DNA of 64,000 nucleotides, from the NCBI RefSeq assembly GCF_003704095.1, contig NW_020844270.1:682001-746000 (forward strand), read 5' to 3'. Below the pieces are notes generated by a model. The model searched no databases and was not told the DNA's origin. It worked only from the letters and a program-made list of their open reading frames with translations. Positions 24,801-39,543 of the stretch are shown in pieces (the stretch's first letter is position 1; every line of letters starts with the position of its first letter). Source of the stretch: Pocillopora damicornis. Its lineage: Eukaryota. Made by a program: the position numbers and the translations under genes.

Positions 24801-27453
24801 GCCTGTTGTTGTTTACTTTAACTATGTTGAGAATAAAGCAAGTTATCGAGGGCTTCTCACCAAAAATAAACTTCGGTTTTCTTTCATGTTCTGTGGCCGG
24901 CGTTTAAACAGTTTTCCTTTCAAAGGCATCCCAATAAGTGCAGTCTATTAAGCAAATTAAATTATCGCAAAAATTTTAGGAATGTTGTAGGCAAGTTTTA
25001 ATAACTATAATAATCGGTTTACGGCAATTTACTCTGAAAGGGGCTTCATTTTCTAGAGCCGAGGTAATATCTTTTCAATGTTACACCAAAGTAAAAGAAA
25101 AATTCTGGAGTGAGATTGATGGACGAAAAGAATTGGCGGCAAATCGAAAGAAAACGGCACTCATAACGAGGCTTTCTCTCTACAAGTAAAACTAAACAGT
25201 ACATAATCTCCTGAACGGAAAGAAGACAAAGAAAATACTTCAAAACAGACAGTAACATGATTTAGTTTTAAGTTGGTCTTGCCATAGAGGCAGGGTTCGA
25301 ATAAAATAAAACCCTACGGTATGGAATTCGCGCGCTGTGTCCGAAATAATCCTTCAGTATTCAGTAAATTAGTTTTGGACTGGACCTGCGGAAAGACTTG
25401 ATAGGCCTCTTGAATACCTCTCGCACCCGCAAAAAACTTGGAATATATTTAGGCTTAACTCTAATAAAAAACTAAACAAAGGAAAAAGTAGTTCTAAAAA
25501 TGTAGTACATGTTCATTTAGTACATTATGATTCCTTTGCAACTTCCTTCTTTGGTTCCGATTTCAATGCCAGTGTCTTAAGTTTTTAAAGGAATAGCAGA
25601 CTAAACTATTTGTCCGCATTGTACTCTTTACCAGATATTGGGATCGGCAAGCAAACTTTCACACGTTTCTTAACTTCGTGTTAGATTTTTTAAATGGATT
25701 TCAATCATTTCCTGTCTGCCCTATGAACTCTGGGAGAGAGAGCTTCTGAAGAGCTGCTGTGTCAAGGATATAATGAATATGATATGATTTAAAGGCATCA
25801 CGCAATTCCTGTGGGCTTTTGAAAAAGAAGTCATATGTGCGTTAACTCTGCTGGCTTAATAACTACATTGCTGAACCTAAATGCAGCAATCTAATATCAC
25901 TGCAAAAGTAAAAATTTATTAATAGAAACTGAAAATATTTTTAGAACTTTTTATGACACGGTTTTGGTATTCAAGAACACAACATAATTTTGACCTTTCC
26001 ATCGTTAGAGACAATTTTTTGGTTGTTATCGACGATGTTCACAAATGTTTACAATTCAAGTAGAAAGATAGAGAAATATTTCAACTACGAAAGCCATACG
26101 CGAGCTCGAGAGGCATAGTCAAATGATGCACTCCAAAACTTCGGAGAAAAATCAATGGACAGATATGAATGGTTGACAAGTCTTTACCTACAAATAAATC
26201 ACACTCGGATTAAGAGACTGCAAGCATTCTTTCGTATTCGTGAAGTTGGAGTCACAGCAAATTAAAGGAACGTGACCACAAATTTGTTTGGCAGTTTGAA
26301 TATTTATCACCAAGAAAAGTGTAATTTCCTGTGAATTAATAGGAAAGTCAGCTGTGTTGACATAGGATTCTATGCCTGTACGATTCCTAAATTTTATGAG
26401 TTTTTTAATTTGGCCATATTTTATTTGAATCGAATTTACAAATTAAAACCCGGTTATCTTAATTCATGGATAGAAGCAACTCACAGGCTGGATATTCAAA
26501 GAAACGGACGAATGATAATTGAAAGTTACAAGGCTTGGTTAATCTAGTTTAATTAAAGCTTTGAAAAATCCGCCAACCCAGTCAGAAACAACAAAAGTTG
26601 ACAGTCAATCAAATGTTTGAAATTTCATTTAACCAACCTCATATAGGGTCAGTTTACGTGGCGTAAAAGTAGCCTAAAGATCGGTTTCAGAGAAGCGCAT
26701 GAAAAAAAAGTAACCCATGACCTGTAGAGTGAGTCGCCGTTTATAAGAACATTTTTGAATAAAGCAACGCCATATTTCGTAACTTTGTACACTAGATAAA
26801 CATTTAAAGAATTTGAGACTCTTAACGTTAACTGCATGATCATTCCTTTCAAGCCCTTAAATCCGAAGGGCTGGCGACAAAGGAGTATATTTGTCGTTTT
26901 GCGAGATCAAACGCTTAGTGGACCTCTTAGTGCAAATGAACAGTGAATAATCCTGATGAATTTTTAAGACGAACGATTTAATTAAGAAGCAAATAATACA
27001 GCCTTGATTTTACTTACCAGATTTAACAAAGGACTCAGGCTTGATGCAAACGTCGCTTTCATAGGATGGCAGGTCCTTACAAACGACGTCGGGGGGCCAC
27101 TCCCGGTTGTATTTTCGGATGGTAGGCATACACTCTCTCATGACCTTTTTGCAAACTGATCTGCACGGACGAATTGGCCTGGATTTAAACTCTGGTGCAC
27201 AGATGGGTAGGTGATAGGCACAGAGGAAAAATCCTGCATCAGCCGAACAGTTGATAGCGACGATGTCACTGTATAGCTCAATCCTTTGCCTGCTGTATTG
27301 TTGCGTGAGATGTTCAAGCGCATTAGGAAACATTGTCATGTTGTACGGCAAGTGTTTCTGGCAAATTGGAATCTTGATGGGCTCACATGTTCGGCCTGCC
27401 AATGTGATCACAATATCAAGGCAAAACACGACAGTTCCCATCAAAAGATACAT
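21845..27453 (-). CDS. SFRP3/4: Secreted frizzled-related protein, sFRP3/4 (FRZB-like), ~291 aa
   Basis: Exons 27453-27018 (signal peptide + 10-Cys CRD CEPIKIPIC..YNMTMFPN..PCRSVC), 23313-23245 (SSCRCIKPRVNYQRYKRNSYHF), 22215-21845 (NTR domain, TTCNCP..FLVAG..W..KFRKW, basic tail). Phases 1,1. A possible extra last exon is 21284-21256, via the donor after 21862. Confidence 0.92.
22320..22503. mobile_element. MITE-like element with terminal inverted repeats
   Basis: TTAATGGGGT...ACCTCATTAA ends and internal ACGGCTA(A/G)CGGTTAA repeats; related fragments at 1-30 and 305-345. Confidence 0.5.
22629..22840. mobile_element. ~210-bp TTAA-flanked MITE (family B, piggyBac-like ends)
   Basis: TTAACCCTTTAA...TAAGAGTGAC...GAATCACACAT..AAGGT...GAGAACAGTATGGAGAAT...AAAGAGCTAA; copies at 40967-41355, 44322-44870 and 53798-54011. 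Confidence 0.8.
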
Positions 27454-30400
27454 CTTGTTGCTTGTACTTTCGTTGTGAAATTAAATTATCACGGCCAACG
27501 TGCTGTTTAAATAATGGACTTATATTGGCCCAGCGCACACTTGCCCCTTTATCAAGGAAATTGATTGTATCATTCACTATTATTAATACTTGCAAGAGGA
27601 CAGCACCGCCCAGTTGAGCAGGTCTCTCTAAAACGTCCTGAAGGACAAAGTATTAATTGAACCGGGCGATTTGGTAAGACCACGCACTTAATTGCCGACA
27701 GTTAACACGTTCCGCGGTGTTTATAAACAACGAGCTTGACCCGTCTCGTTTGAACAAACTGTGTTCCGTGATCTGCTAATGCATGTTGACGGCGTTAAGC
27801 TTTGATGTAACCTTGTAGGCTAGCGTCGCCAAAATTTTAGAGATATTAAAGGATAAGCTTGGTTGTTTTTATTATATTTGTCAATTCTTTGACCCCGAGT
27901 ATTCTTGAAAGTTATTTAGCGTTTTATATCGCATAAAACGCTTCTAAGTGTCATTGTTTTGACGAGAATCAGTCACTTCGACGGGCGGGACAAATATTCA
28001 GACAAAGTTATCCAGTTATGTTTGGAATAAATTTATTCTGTAAAACAGAGAATTTTTCTCTCTTCAACTTTCTTAGCTGTGTCATTATTCAGAAATGCTT
28101 ACACCATCCAGATATAGAGTAATTGAATGGTAAATATGGCGTCAAAATTTGGCGGGAAAATCACGGCATTCCCTGTTGCCGCGTCGTTTATTGCCAGATG
28201 GCGGGAAATAAGCGGACGTAGCTTACGTGTCTTCAAGTTCCCGGTTCCTGTATAATTCATTCATAGCATAGATAACTTCTTAATACTCTATCTTAGGCAA
28301 ACATTTGGGGTTTCCGGTCATGCCTAAGAACATGTAAAGCATTTCCAAGCGAATAATCGATATAAGCTTCCTTTTGGAAGACATTTCAATTCATGTCATG
28401 CATGATAAATCGCGTGTAAGGCTTTATGACGTCACCTAAAAATTAATCTCAATAAAGTTTTGCACGCTATTTTGACTGTACATTTATTCTCACCGCTAAT
28501 ATTTCTGAAAACACTACAAAGGAAACTGTTAGGGAACTGAGCACTCATATTTCATTTGATCAAAGCTAAGGGTTTTTAACAGAAAAACTTTGAGAGTATG
28601 ACCATAGATTAAAAAAACAGAGGAGAGAATCCGTTGTAAAAATCCAGAAAGTAATTGATACAGACAAAACGCTCTTATTTCAATTGCATTCCTGCATGCA
28701 ATCCTGCCTCGGAGTAAATTGTGATGATTCACGCTTTAAAATCCAGAAGTACCTAGCGAAACAACCATCCGTTTTTACATGCTTGGACTTAAAAGTGTTC
28801 CGTCGTAAGTTGCACTCAGTTGTCTACTACGATGGCAGTGATATAAATTCGTATTGCTTGAAATACGACCAATATAGACTAACAGTTTTGACAGCCTTTT
28901 TATTCTCCTAAACTTTGTCGGGGATTCTTAAAATAGATTTATTAGCGTGCGAACCTGTCCAGATCTATTTTGGAACTTGGTAAGAGATTTTCGTGCGTCA
29001 GTGCTGTTATTATGTCGAAATTGCCCCTAATGAAAATGAATTTTTGTTTATCTCTTCAAGTCACTTGATTAAAACTGACAGCGTCTATTGATAAGTTCAA
29101 CTTCGTGGTGCCGTCAGAGATGACTTCAATGATTAATCAAATGCCGAAATGTACTTCTGAAGTAGCAAATGAGGTTTGAATGGACCGATGGTAATAATAT
29201 GTATTATGTAATCTAAAACAGACGAGGGATAGTTTTCAGTCATGAGTCTCTCAGGATGATTAAATGATTTATTTCGCAGTTTGAATTTAATCTGTTAATT
29301 GTTTAGTGCTTTTCGTACCGAAGCAAATAAAGGGAAAGAGTTCGTCATAAACACAAGCCTATGAAAAAAAATATTTTCATGACGTTACAGTCATCATAGA
29401 AAGTCTTGTTGATACAAAAGCACAATTTTGAAGATGACAGCATGTAAAGAGCAGTTCCAATCGTTGTTTACATGGGAACAACATTTATTTTCCAGGATTT
29501 TGCAATTTTAGCAAAACGTAAGGTGTGCAGGCAATGGCCATTACTCTGTGGGCATAGATTTTTTGAGTGTTTATCTATACGTACATCTTCGTTTGTTATG
29601 AAAGGAGCAATCTCCTGATCAGTCTTCCTCGTGCACATATCTTAACCCTCTTGAAAATCTTTCTGCGTCAGGCTAAATTATCTTTTCACACATTCAAACA
29701 TTTTAGCTTTAGACTTTCTCGGGAAACTTGAAACAATACTGTTTATCCCGTTTAATAAACTATTGTAGGATTCAGGTAAGACAATTGTTTTTGTTATTCC
29801 GTATGGATTTCCATGCGTTAATCGTGTGAGGCGTTTATATCAAAAAATGTATTGACCTGACAGATATTAACCTTTCTCACACAATTTAACAGTTTTTTTT
29901 TCAGTTCTGCTAAATGGCGTAGATGATATTCGAAAATACTTACTTAAAATACTTGGAAAGTATCTGAGGTATTCAGTAAGTAGTCTAATATGACTTATGA
30001 ATACTAAGCATTTAAATATCGAGTAATTTTCGATGCAAATCGGCTTTAAACCATTGTAAGTTTGTTTTTCGCATTCGGGCCCCAAAAAAATTGTATTGAA
30101 TCGAAACACTTGACCGCAATAAAAAAAATTAACGAATTAAAGAACCAGGCCATAAATCTTCCATAATCAAATTAAAGATATGTGCAATAACTACTCTTAG
30201 TTAGTCATGCAAAAGATCAAGTTACTATCACGCACATGAATATTCGACTTATATGTACATCAATAATGGATACATGGCCGATTTGAGTCCAATTCGAATT
30301 TTTACTAACAACTGTTATGCCCAACTAGCTTTGATATCATTTGTCATTTACAATACTTAACAAAAAAATTAGCTTCGAAACTATGCAGTAAACAAATCTC

Positions 30401-30984
30401 AATTAATTGACCAAGTGGCCTGCTGATCACCCAGACGAAGTGATTTAGACTACGCGCTCGTCTGTTACTCCTGGGCTCACGGCATCGTAAATTTCAATCG
30501 AAAAGTCACGAGATTCGAAAATAAAAGGGATCAGGAAGTTTCATACCAGGTCAACTGCTTACTTTTGGCTACTGATCTTTAAAACTCTGTTGTCTAAATG
30601 TCCGAATCGTGAAAACCGTTAGAATCAAAGATAAAAAATATATCAGATTCTTTCCTCAATTATTCTCCCAATGATATTCAAGGTGCCCCGACAAACAATG
30701 CAGTACTGGATGCATGGACGTCTCTCCCATAGGAATGCAGAAAGACGAGAAATTTTTGGTTAAGCCATTTGTGTGTTTGTTTGATTAATCAGTATTGCCA
30801 AGAAGTATTTCTATCGATTAACGTTACATTTCGTAAGAAAAGACAAGCATAACCTTGACTTAAGTTGAAATAAAAAATTGTGGACTGTTTGTTATCTCAG
30901 CCTTGAGTCAATTACCTGCGCAAAATAAATACTCTGTATGTGGCAAAGAGAAAAAAATAACGTGATCAATCTTTATTTATGTAT

Positions 30985-31000
30985 TAAGGAGGTAAGTTTG

Positions 31001-31033
<33 letters not shown>

Positions 31034-31122
31034 TATAGCAGGTAATTTAGTGTCAACAACTGAGTTGAAAACGTAAATTAGTCAGCGTAAAAGGTAAAAA
31101 AGCTGACGCTTCGAGCGCCCTT
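30985..31122 (-). mobile_element. Family A element copy, ribozyme core deleted/degenerate
   Basis: AAGAAACTGTGGTGCTGCGTCGGTGGGAGAGTATAGCAGGTAATTTAGTGTCAACAACTGAGTTG, a reverse match to 147-301. Confidence 0.75.
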
Positions 31123-31444
31123 CGATTGTATTATTTCGTTTCTTTGAAGCTTCTTGTCGGTTTCTTTGTTGTATTTTTTTTTTCCTATTTGACTATTGTT
31201 TGCATTTTTTGTCGTTGTCCGTTTGTTTTTATCGTTGCTAGTTCTTTTATGTGACAACCTCTCCATGTGTCTGTCCTCCCCCGTCACTTTGCAGCTCCCT
31301 ACCCTACCCTGCTTGCGCGCCCAAATCTACAAAGCGTTCACTCCTGTTGCTTGAGAGCCTGGGTCGAGTTCTTGATTAGAAAGCAAGATGGCTGACAAGC
31401 TAGGCTAAAGGCGTCTGTTACCAGCAAGTTCAGGTGTAGACGAA

Positions 31445-32264
31445 ATGTACCCTCTCCTGGTTCAGAAACTTGGTTGTTCTTCTTTGAGAAGTTATTTAGT
31501 TTGTTTAACTCCAAGGAATTTCATCGCGTACAGGTATCAACCGCTGCAAAAGCTGAAAGAACACTTTTTTTGTATTCAAGGCTCAGTGTAGTTCTTGAAG
31601 CTTACCCATCGTTGTATTGGGCTAGCTGCGAACGATCCCTGCTTGCTTTCAGCTTTTGCGTTTGGTTTATCATTATAATCTAAAATGTGTACTTTTGTGT
31701 TGCATACAGCGATCATTTCATTTACATTTTGAGATAATAACTATGACACACCCCCTTAATATCCGTCTCATTTTTTAATTTTGTCTTAGGGGAGAGGGAT
31801 AGAAGATTCTCCCCGAACATTCACCCTTCCCCCCACTAAATAGCCCAGTCTTCAGAGTACAATAGAACTTAACAAGATCTTGAGTGAGTCATTTTTGTCT
31901 GTGTGCAAATGCAAGCAATTCATGGTTGCAGTATTGATTACCTTCTGCATGCAACAAACAATGCTCTAATTCTGGTGAGGCCATTAGGGAGGTTCTGAGT
32001 TTGCTGCATCCTTTTAATTTTTGTTCTAAATATCCCATATTCTGTTAATTCGTGTGTTTTGTAGGTCCAGTCCAATATCACTGAATCTCTATTTTAAATA
32101 TTCCCAATCCCGTTAATTTTTTCCATAAATATCTTGTATACCCAAGTATTATGTATCTGATAACCCCTAAGAGGGCCTTTCTCTCGGCACAATCAGCATT
32201 GAGAGAAAACATGTATACTTGACATACTGTAGTAAGAGTGCCTTCACTGGTGGTCTGAAATGGT

Positions 32265-32307
<43 letters not shown>

Positions 32308-35300
32308 GGTCATTTATAATACGCTAATTCCATAAAATGTTCAAATGCACATGACAAGATTAAAAAACAAAATGAAAAGGCTAAAAAGATAAAATTACAA
32401 TTAAGAGTAAACTTACAATAATTTAAAAAGCTAAGATTACAATTAAAAGTAAACTCACAATAATAAAAACAATTCCAGGGCTTGCCTTCAAATTTCACTC
32501 AAAATTTTATAAGTTCATCATTTTCCAGACCTTAGCTTTATTTGCACATACTTGTTGTTCAGTCATCTGGGAGGTTCTGGCTGGTTTAAATTTTTCCTTT
32601 CAAACTTCCCATACCATTGCGACAGTTTTTTCATTTTTTGAGCAATGTAATTCTCTTCTATTTATAGGAGTAACAGACTAACAGTTCTTAGGGAACATCA
32701 AATCTCAAAAATCATCACAAAAAGTGCTTCAAAATATACTGCAGAGGCATTCAGATGGAGAACTTTGCATGTCTGGAAATTATTAGAACAGAGATCAAAT
32801 TCTTATGCCCATCCCTGGTATCTTCTCAAGTATACTGGACTCTTAGCTGTTGGAACTTTAGTTGTCAGATCAAAGATTTCTAGTGCCTCCTGTGGGCCGA
32901 AGTTGAGTCATAAGTCATCATCACAGCTTTCGCAGGGCAAAGACAAAGATGGGAAGAGATCACAGCCAAAATTTGATTTCAGAGAATTCTGGAAATTCCT
33001 GTGGCCTGATATTTGGCTTTTACTATTAGCAAGCTTGAGTGCTTTTGCAGTTGCCATGGTGAACATTGAATTACCGATGTTGCTTGGGAACCTTGTAAAT
33101 GCTGTCTCTAGTTTAACAAGTTGCAATCTAAACACAGACATATTTCAAGTATTAAGAGAACCTGCAATGAAATTGATATCACTTTATGGGGCTCAGTCAG
33201 TCCTTACATTTGCTTATATCTCATTTCTTTCTTGTTTGGGTGAGAGACTTGCAGAGCGAATGCGCAATGCTTTATTTGCATCATTGATACGACAAGACAT
33301 TGCTTTCTTTGATGATCATAAAACAGGAGAGCTAGTCAACAGGTATGTTTCCTCTTCTAAGGGTTGCTTGGCCAAAACAGCTTTATTTCATTTTCATGGA
33401 ATATCATTAATTTATAGCACATACATAGGGTATATGGAAAAAAAAAATACAAGTATTATATTGTGAGATACTGTGTGCTGCAAGGTGATAAATAGACATA
33501 CAAACCATACCATGAACATAACATTCACTCTGAAAAACCAAGGACTCCCAGCTACCACTTTCCGTAATATCATTACAGTGGTCCAATCCTCTAACAGTAT
33601 GAATTAACTTTAGATAAGTTCATATATTATTTTTTGTTCACTGCAAAATTTAGGTTAAAGGATTGTTCAGGGTAAGCTGCATGACATGCATGCATTTTGA
33701 TTGATTCTTATAATCTGTAAGATGACAGATGCTTAGATGATGCCACCATTACCAACATTTTGCCTTTCTATGATACATAAAAGGATTCCATGCTGCTGTG
33801 AGTCTGTACAGTAATAGATCACAGCAGACATCAAGATGTCATCTGCTTTGTGCCTAAACATTTCTCTGCTCCCCCAAACTGAATGCTAATTATTTCTTGA
33901 ATTGAAAATGTAGGTGGCTCACTTAGAACCTTTTTTTTATCTTATATGGTGCAAAATTTTACTTGAAGGTTGACCAGTGACATTCAAGATTTCAAGAGTG
34001 CATTTAAGCAGATTATTTCCCAAGGTCTGCGCAGTACAACTCAGACTGTCGGCTGTGTGGTATCACTTTATATGATTTCACCCAAACTGACAGGTGTAAT
34101 GATGGTCATCTTACCAGTTGTCATTATTGGTGGTACTTTGTTTGGCTCCCTATTAAGGAGGCTCTCCAAGGCTGCTCAAGAACAGGCTGCTAAGGCAACT
34201 GCAGTTGCTGATGAGGCACTTGGAAATGTGCGAACTGTGAGGGCATTTGCTATGGAAGATAAAGAAACTAAGTAAGATCATAACAAAGTCACTGTTGCCC
34301 TCACAGAGATGTATTTTTTGAATACATTTTTTTTTTTAATGCATCTTTTCTAAATAGAATCATGCATCTTTGTCTATCAACTTTCTGACTTTCTTACTTT
34401 CTGGAAGGTTCAGCGTGAAATGATGAAGTATCTTATGGCAAATATATGAGTTGTAATACAATAATGAGATTATCTACGTTACTTTCAAGTGAATTAACCC
34501 TCCCAGAAGTGATTAACATGTAACGTCTCCCTAATATCCTTACAGTATCCAGTAAACAGGTGATGAGAATACTCAAACTTATCAGGTTGAAGTTGTTGTC
34601 TTGATCTAACACCAAATTCTCATAACTTATTAACAAGAAATTGTGTAGCAGCTAGAAGGGAGATTCAACAATCAGATCTTGGGATTTAAAGGGTTAAGAG
34701 GTTTTTGTTTTAATTTTGTTTTGTAAATTGAGTTTTATTCTTAAGTTTTTTTTTAATTTGACAGTGTTTGTAAAGAAAAATATAAAATGGGCAAAAAATT
34801 TGTCAAGGATGAAATATTAGAGTATACTAAGAAATATTGTAATTATTCCTATGGTAATGAATACAATAATTTCATTAGCATTGGCTGGATCATTTTACCT
34901 TACAACTGAAATTGACTTGCAGCTTGTATCAAGATGAAGTGTCTAAATCCAAGGCACTGAATGAGATGTTAGGTGTTGGAGTTGGGTTGTTCCAAGGTTT
35001 GTCAAATCTAGCCATTAACGGCTTGGCACTGGTAGTGTTGTATTATGGTGGATCACTTCTTGCTGCCAAAGAAATGGAACCTGGAGACTTGATGAGCTTC
35101 CTGGTGGCTACACAGACTATACAAAGGTACTTTATTGGACAGTATGGCTCACACACCTTTCTTCAGGTCCTAGCACTTTTTTTTATAGCTAAAAGAAACA
35201 GTTAATAAGTTTTAAATTTTCATTGTGTGGGAAATTTAATAAAATAATGAGAGATTTTGGCTGCAAAAGAGCAACAACTTTAAGATCAAGACAAAACCCA

Positions 35301-38300
35301 ATGAGCTTTTTTCAGAATTCAGACCCTCTTAAGTCTGATTTTTGGGCTGTATGCTCAGCTATTGTAACAGTTCCAACTTTTTCAGTTGTTGTAATTTTTT
35401 CAATGTAGATTCTAATTTCATAATGAATAAAAAGAAAGGAACATGAAAATTGAACTGGTCAGAAAAAATTTAGACCAGGATAAACCTTTGAATCACTGAC
35501 AACCTTCTGTGTTGTGGGTTTGTATAATTACCTAATTAGGTGTTAATTTTCTTCTTTTACAATGTCAGGTCTTTAGGTCACATATCTCTCCTGTTTGGCC
35601 AAATTGTGCGTGGCATGAGCTCAGGAGCAAGGGTGTTTGAGTACCTAGCAATCGAACCCACCATACCAGTTACAGGTGGTAAACAAGTCCCCCTGGAGAA
35701 CATATGTGGAGAAGTTAGCTTCAAGGATGTTACTTTTGTGTATCCTACACGACCCATGCAAACTGTTCTTAAAGACTTTTCCCTGTCAGTGCCAGCTGGT
35801 AAGATGGTTGCTTTGTGTGGAAGTAGTGGAGCTGGCAAGTCAACTGTAGCAGCCCTGTTGGAGCGTTTTTATGATCTGAAGAGTGGAAGCATTTTTCTTG
35901 ATGGTCATGACATAACTTCCTTGGATCCCACATGGCTGAGGGGACATGTGATTGGATTTATTCACCAGGTATTTAGACTGTGAATAAAAGCAGGTGCACT
36001 TTATTAAGAACCAAATTAACTTACAAACATATTTTGAATTAAACAAGGTTGCTGTTACCAGAGAGTAGACAGGTGTGAAACAGCATGAGCATAAGTTCTA
36101 GTTATTGTTAATACACAGTTGTAATCCAAATTCTGTTCACTCATATTGATTTATTTGGGCATAGCTTTAAATTAAGTACTGTTAAAGTCAGTCAGAACTC
36201 TCTCTTAAAATCATTCATGTAGGAATAAAAAATGTGACATTTCACCTCATGATAACAAATTAAGCATGAATAAAAATATTTAAGAAATAGCCTTTTGAAA
36301 ACATTAAAATGTTAAACATTTTTTCAAAATATCATTTCCAACCAGCCTTCTGCTATCATTTTTATGTGTTTTGTTCTTTACATCCAGGAGCCTGTGCTGT
36401 TTGCCACTTCAGTTTTAGAGAACATACGTTATGGCCGCCCAGAAGCAACAGATGATGAGGTATATATAACAGACAACATCTTGTGTCATGATCATTGTCT
36501 GATGAATTCATCAATTTTTTGTTACATTATTTCCTTTGATTTTTTCCCATAATATGAAGGTTTTAGCAGCAGCTCAGCAAGCAAATGCTGATGGCTTCAT
36601 TAGAGATTTTCCTGAGGTAACTGATTGCACTGTATACTTTTGATCCCAGTCATTCTTTGGAATGGCTCAACTTTTGTGGTTGTCATTGTTCAGCAGATTA
36701 ATTTAATTCTGCTGTTTCATGTCATGTGATGTAAAAAAAGTTTCTAGCTTGTGGAAGCAAAAAAGTTAGTAGCAACTAAAATTTGAATCTGGGTGATCTG
36801 ACTGATGCAGTTGGCATCAAAGGCTTAAGTTTATAACCTCAAAGTCAGTTTCTATCAAAAGCGGCACATATTTCTCTTCTTTTATCTCAGTGGTCAACAT
36901 TTACACTTTAAAAAAGTTAAACCCAACTTTTCTTCACAATGTTTCCACAGATGTCACATTGTAGTTGTCACAGGGTCAACTTTTCCTAAGTCTTGGCATT
37001 AATCTTTTGTATCCTGCCATCTGAGTATCCCTGCAAAATGAAATCAGTAGCCCATAAGGCAACATTTGAAATGATGTTAGGGATCAGGCTGGGGTTGTCC
37101 AAAGAGTGCTTAATGTTATTCACAGCATGAATCACTACACAGAGGATTGTGTAGCATGCTCAAGTAAAACTAGTGAGTAAGTTCTTTGGGTAGTTTTTAA
37201 CAGCATTATCTGTCGTTTTTAACAATTAAGCCTAGTTTTCATATTAAATAGATATAGTAAAAGGAGTTTTTTTATGATATTGTACTCAAGCTTCAAGGTT
37301 CTAGTGCTATGTGTCGCAACTTTGCACAAATCTCACTTTATTCCACAGGGATACCAAACTGTCCTTGGAGAGAGAGGTGTTACTGTGTCAGGAGGACAGA
37401 AACAAAGGTGTGTAGTATTTAAAACTTTGATGAATATAAAGCAGAAAGTATCAGTCAGCTTTTTGCGGTTTTTGAGAAGAAGCTGCCAAATGAGTGATAG
37501 TTGGGTAAAACTTTTTTTTTTAATTATTTTGTTTGTTTGTTTTTTGCTAGGATTGCAATTGCCAGGGCACTTCTAAAGAACCCAGCCATTCTCATCCTAG
37601 ATGAAGCAACAAGGTATTTTCAGTATGCCATATAGACTCATTTCTTTTGCTTTTTATTAATTCAAATCAAATAATGATGTTTATTATATTTACAAAAATT
37701 CATAAAACGACAGAGATTATCCATGTTGATGGTGTTCCCTAAAGGAGTTAGCATTCATGAAGTTAGGTGAAAGTTCCACTTTTTTGATATTGGGGAATCT
37801 GCATTATTGATTTATTCAATTAATCTGATTTTACAAATGTTTTGGGCCAAGAAGTGTGTTGAGTGTCATCTTTCATTTACATCCAGTGCCTTAGATGCAG
37901 AATCTGAACGTGTTGTACAAGAAGCTTTGGACAAAGTTACTAAAGGTTTTAAATTTACTTCAATTCATAGCTAAAGTATTAGTCAAATGAATATAACTGA
38001 TTATAAGGTTGACCTGTACAATAATGTACACATGATAGCCTCTTTATGAGTTGCATATTTCAAGGGTTAACACTTCAAGACACTCTTTATGTTTACTGCA
38101 TCCATTTGTCTCAGTGGGTGTGTATGGAAAAGGTATTTTATCCTGAGTGATTTTAAAGAGAAAGTTGAGAAAATTAATAGTACTTTTCTACCAGTTAAGG
38201 GTCATTCTCCATGATGAATAACTGTGACCATAGACTTGACATTTCTTGTAGCTTTGTCAAAGTTTTTCACAATAAGGACCTCCCAGCTTACTAATATTAT

Positions 38301-39543
38301 TTTGAGTTGCTGTAGAGCCTAAGAGAATTCTTCAAGTTGATTAATATGGAGGAGAAAAAAGCATTGTACTTTTAATGATACTTGTCCTTCAATTCCTGCA
38401 CTTAGGACGCACTGTGATAGTTATTGCTCATAGGCTCAGTACCATACAGAATGCTGGTAAGTTAATATGAAGTTGTCCTTTGAGCTTTGTTTTGTCATAT
38501 GATTCTCCTGAAATCATTGAGAGGGTTACACTACACGAAAATTGAAAAAGATTTGTTATCCTTATGACACAATTTTTGAAGGCCCTTCGGGCTGTCAAAT
38601 TAGTTCTTCTTTTATTTATTTATTTATTTTTATTTGTATTTTCAATTGGTGATGATCTCTGGTGTAGGGCTGATCTTGAATGGTGGGATCATAGCCAAAA
38701 TATTATCTGCAAGCACTAGCCTTTGCAAAGTTTAAGTTTAGTTTTCTGTCATTAGTATTTGATTGATATGAATGAACTAACTCTGGGTTAGTAGGATTAT
38801 TAACTAAAGATAGTTTCATTCATATAAGTAATTTATTGCTTACCCAACTCTGTTGCTGCAACTTCATTAACTTTTTTTTATAATTAAAACAGATATGATT
38901 GTGGTTCTTTCCCATGGTAACATTCGCGAGGTAAGTTATAATTGCAAACATATCAATGTCCTTAATTAATAATTGCAGCAGTTTGTGTCACTTTCTTGTA
39001 CTTCCCCCACATCAGGTGTTTCCCTCAGCTGGTTAAAGTTTTTTAAATCTGCTCATTTTCCCACATACATTTTGTAAAAAAATTTCCAAATAATTTAAAA
39101 GTGTGTTGTTATGGTTCTGATAAAGTTTGTTGTTGTAATTTGTAGCTGTTGCGGTAACAGTATGCTGTTGTTCTCATTGAAACTTAAATATTTCCTTGGA
39201 ACTAAGGATAACTTGGGTTTCAAAGAATACAATTAAGTGCTAACAGCTTACTTCAAATTCAAACTGTTCCAGTCAGTTGGAACATCTGTTTAAAAAAAAA
39301 AAGGAATATGCAAGAAACAGATAAGTTTTGGACCCTTTCAATTCTCTCAACTGTTACTATTTTTGGATGCACTAACAGGCATGAACTTTGTTATTTTGTG
39401 GCTTTGCTATTGTAGGAGGTTGAACGTCACTTCAAATCACTTTTAACTAACTTTTATAATAGGTGGGAACTCATCAAGAATTAATGGCCAGAGATGGACT
39501 TTATGCAGACCTTGTACGGCAGCAAATTCAAGAACAGGATTAA
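31445..39543 (+). CDS. ABCB8: Mitochondrial ABC half-transporter ABCB8, 13 exons, ~716 aa
   Basis: Exons 31445-31533, 32668-33342, 33969-34271, 34923-35126, 35569-35968, 36388-36459, 36560-36616, 37349-37407, 37551-37613, 37887-37945, 38406-38456, 38893-38930, 39463-39543; phases consistent. ABCB8-type [29 protein letters not shown]; Walker [10 protein letters not shown], signature [15 protein letters not shown], Walker [14 protein letters not shown]-loop IAHRLST. Exon 1 is the least certain. Confidence 0.93.
32268..32306. repeat. (AAT)13 microsatellite
   Basis: Perfect trinucleotide run in ABCB8 intron 1. Confidence 0.95.
34494..34697. mobile_element. TTAA-flanked MITE, divergent relative of family B
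   Basis: TTAACCCTC...GGGATTTAAAGGGTTAA termini, ~204 bp, in an ABCB8 intron. Confidence 0.6.
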
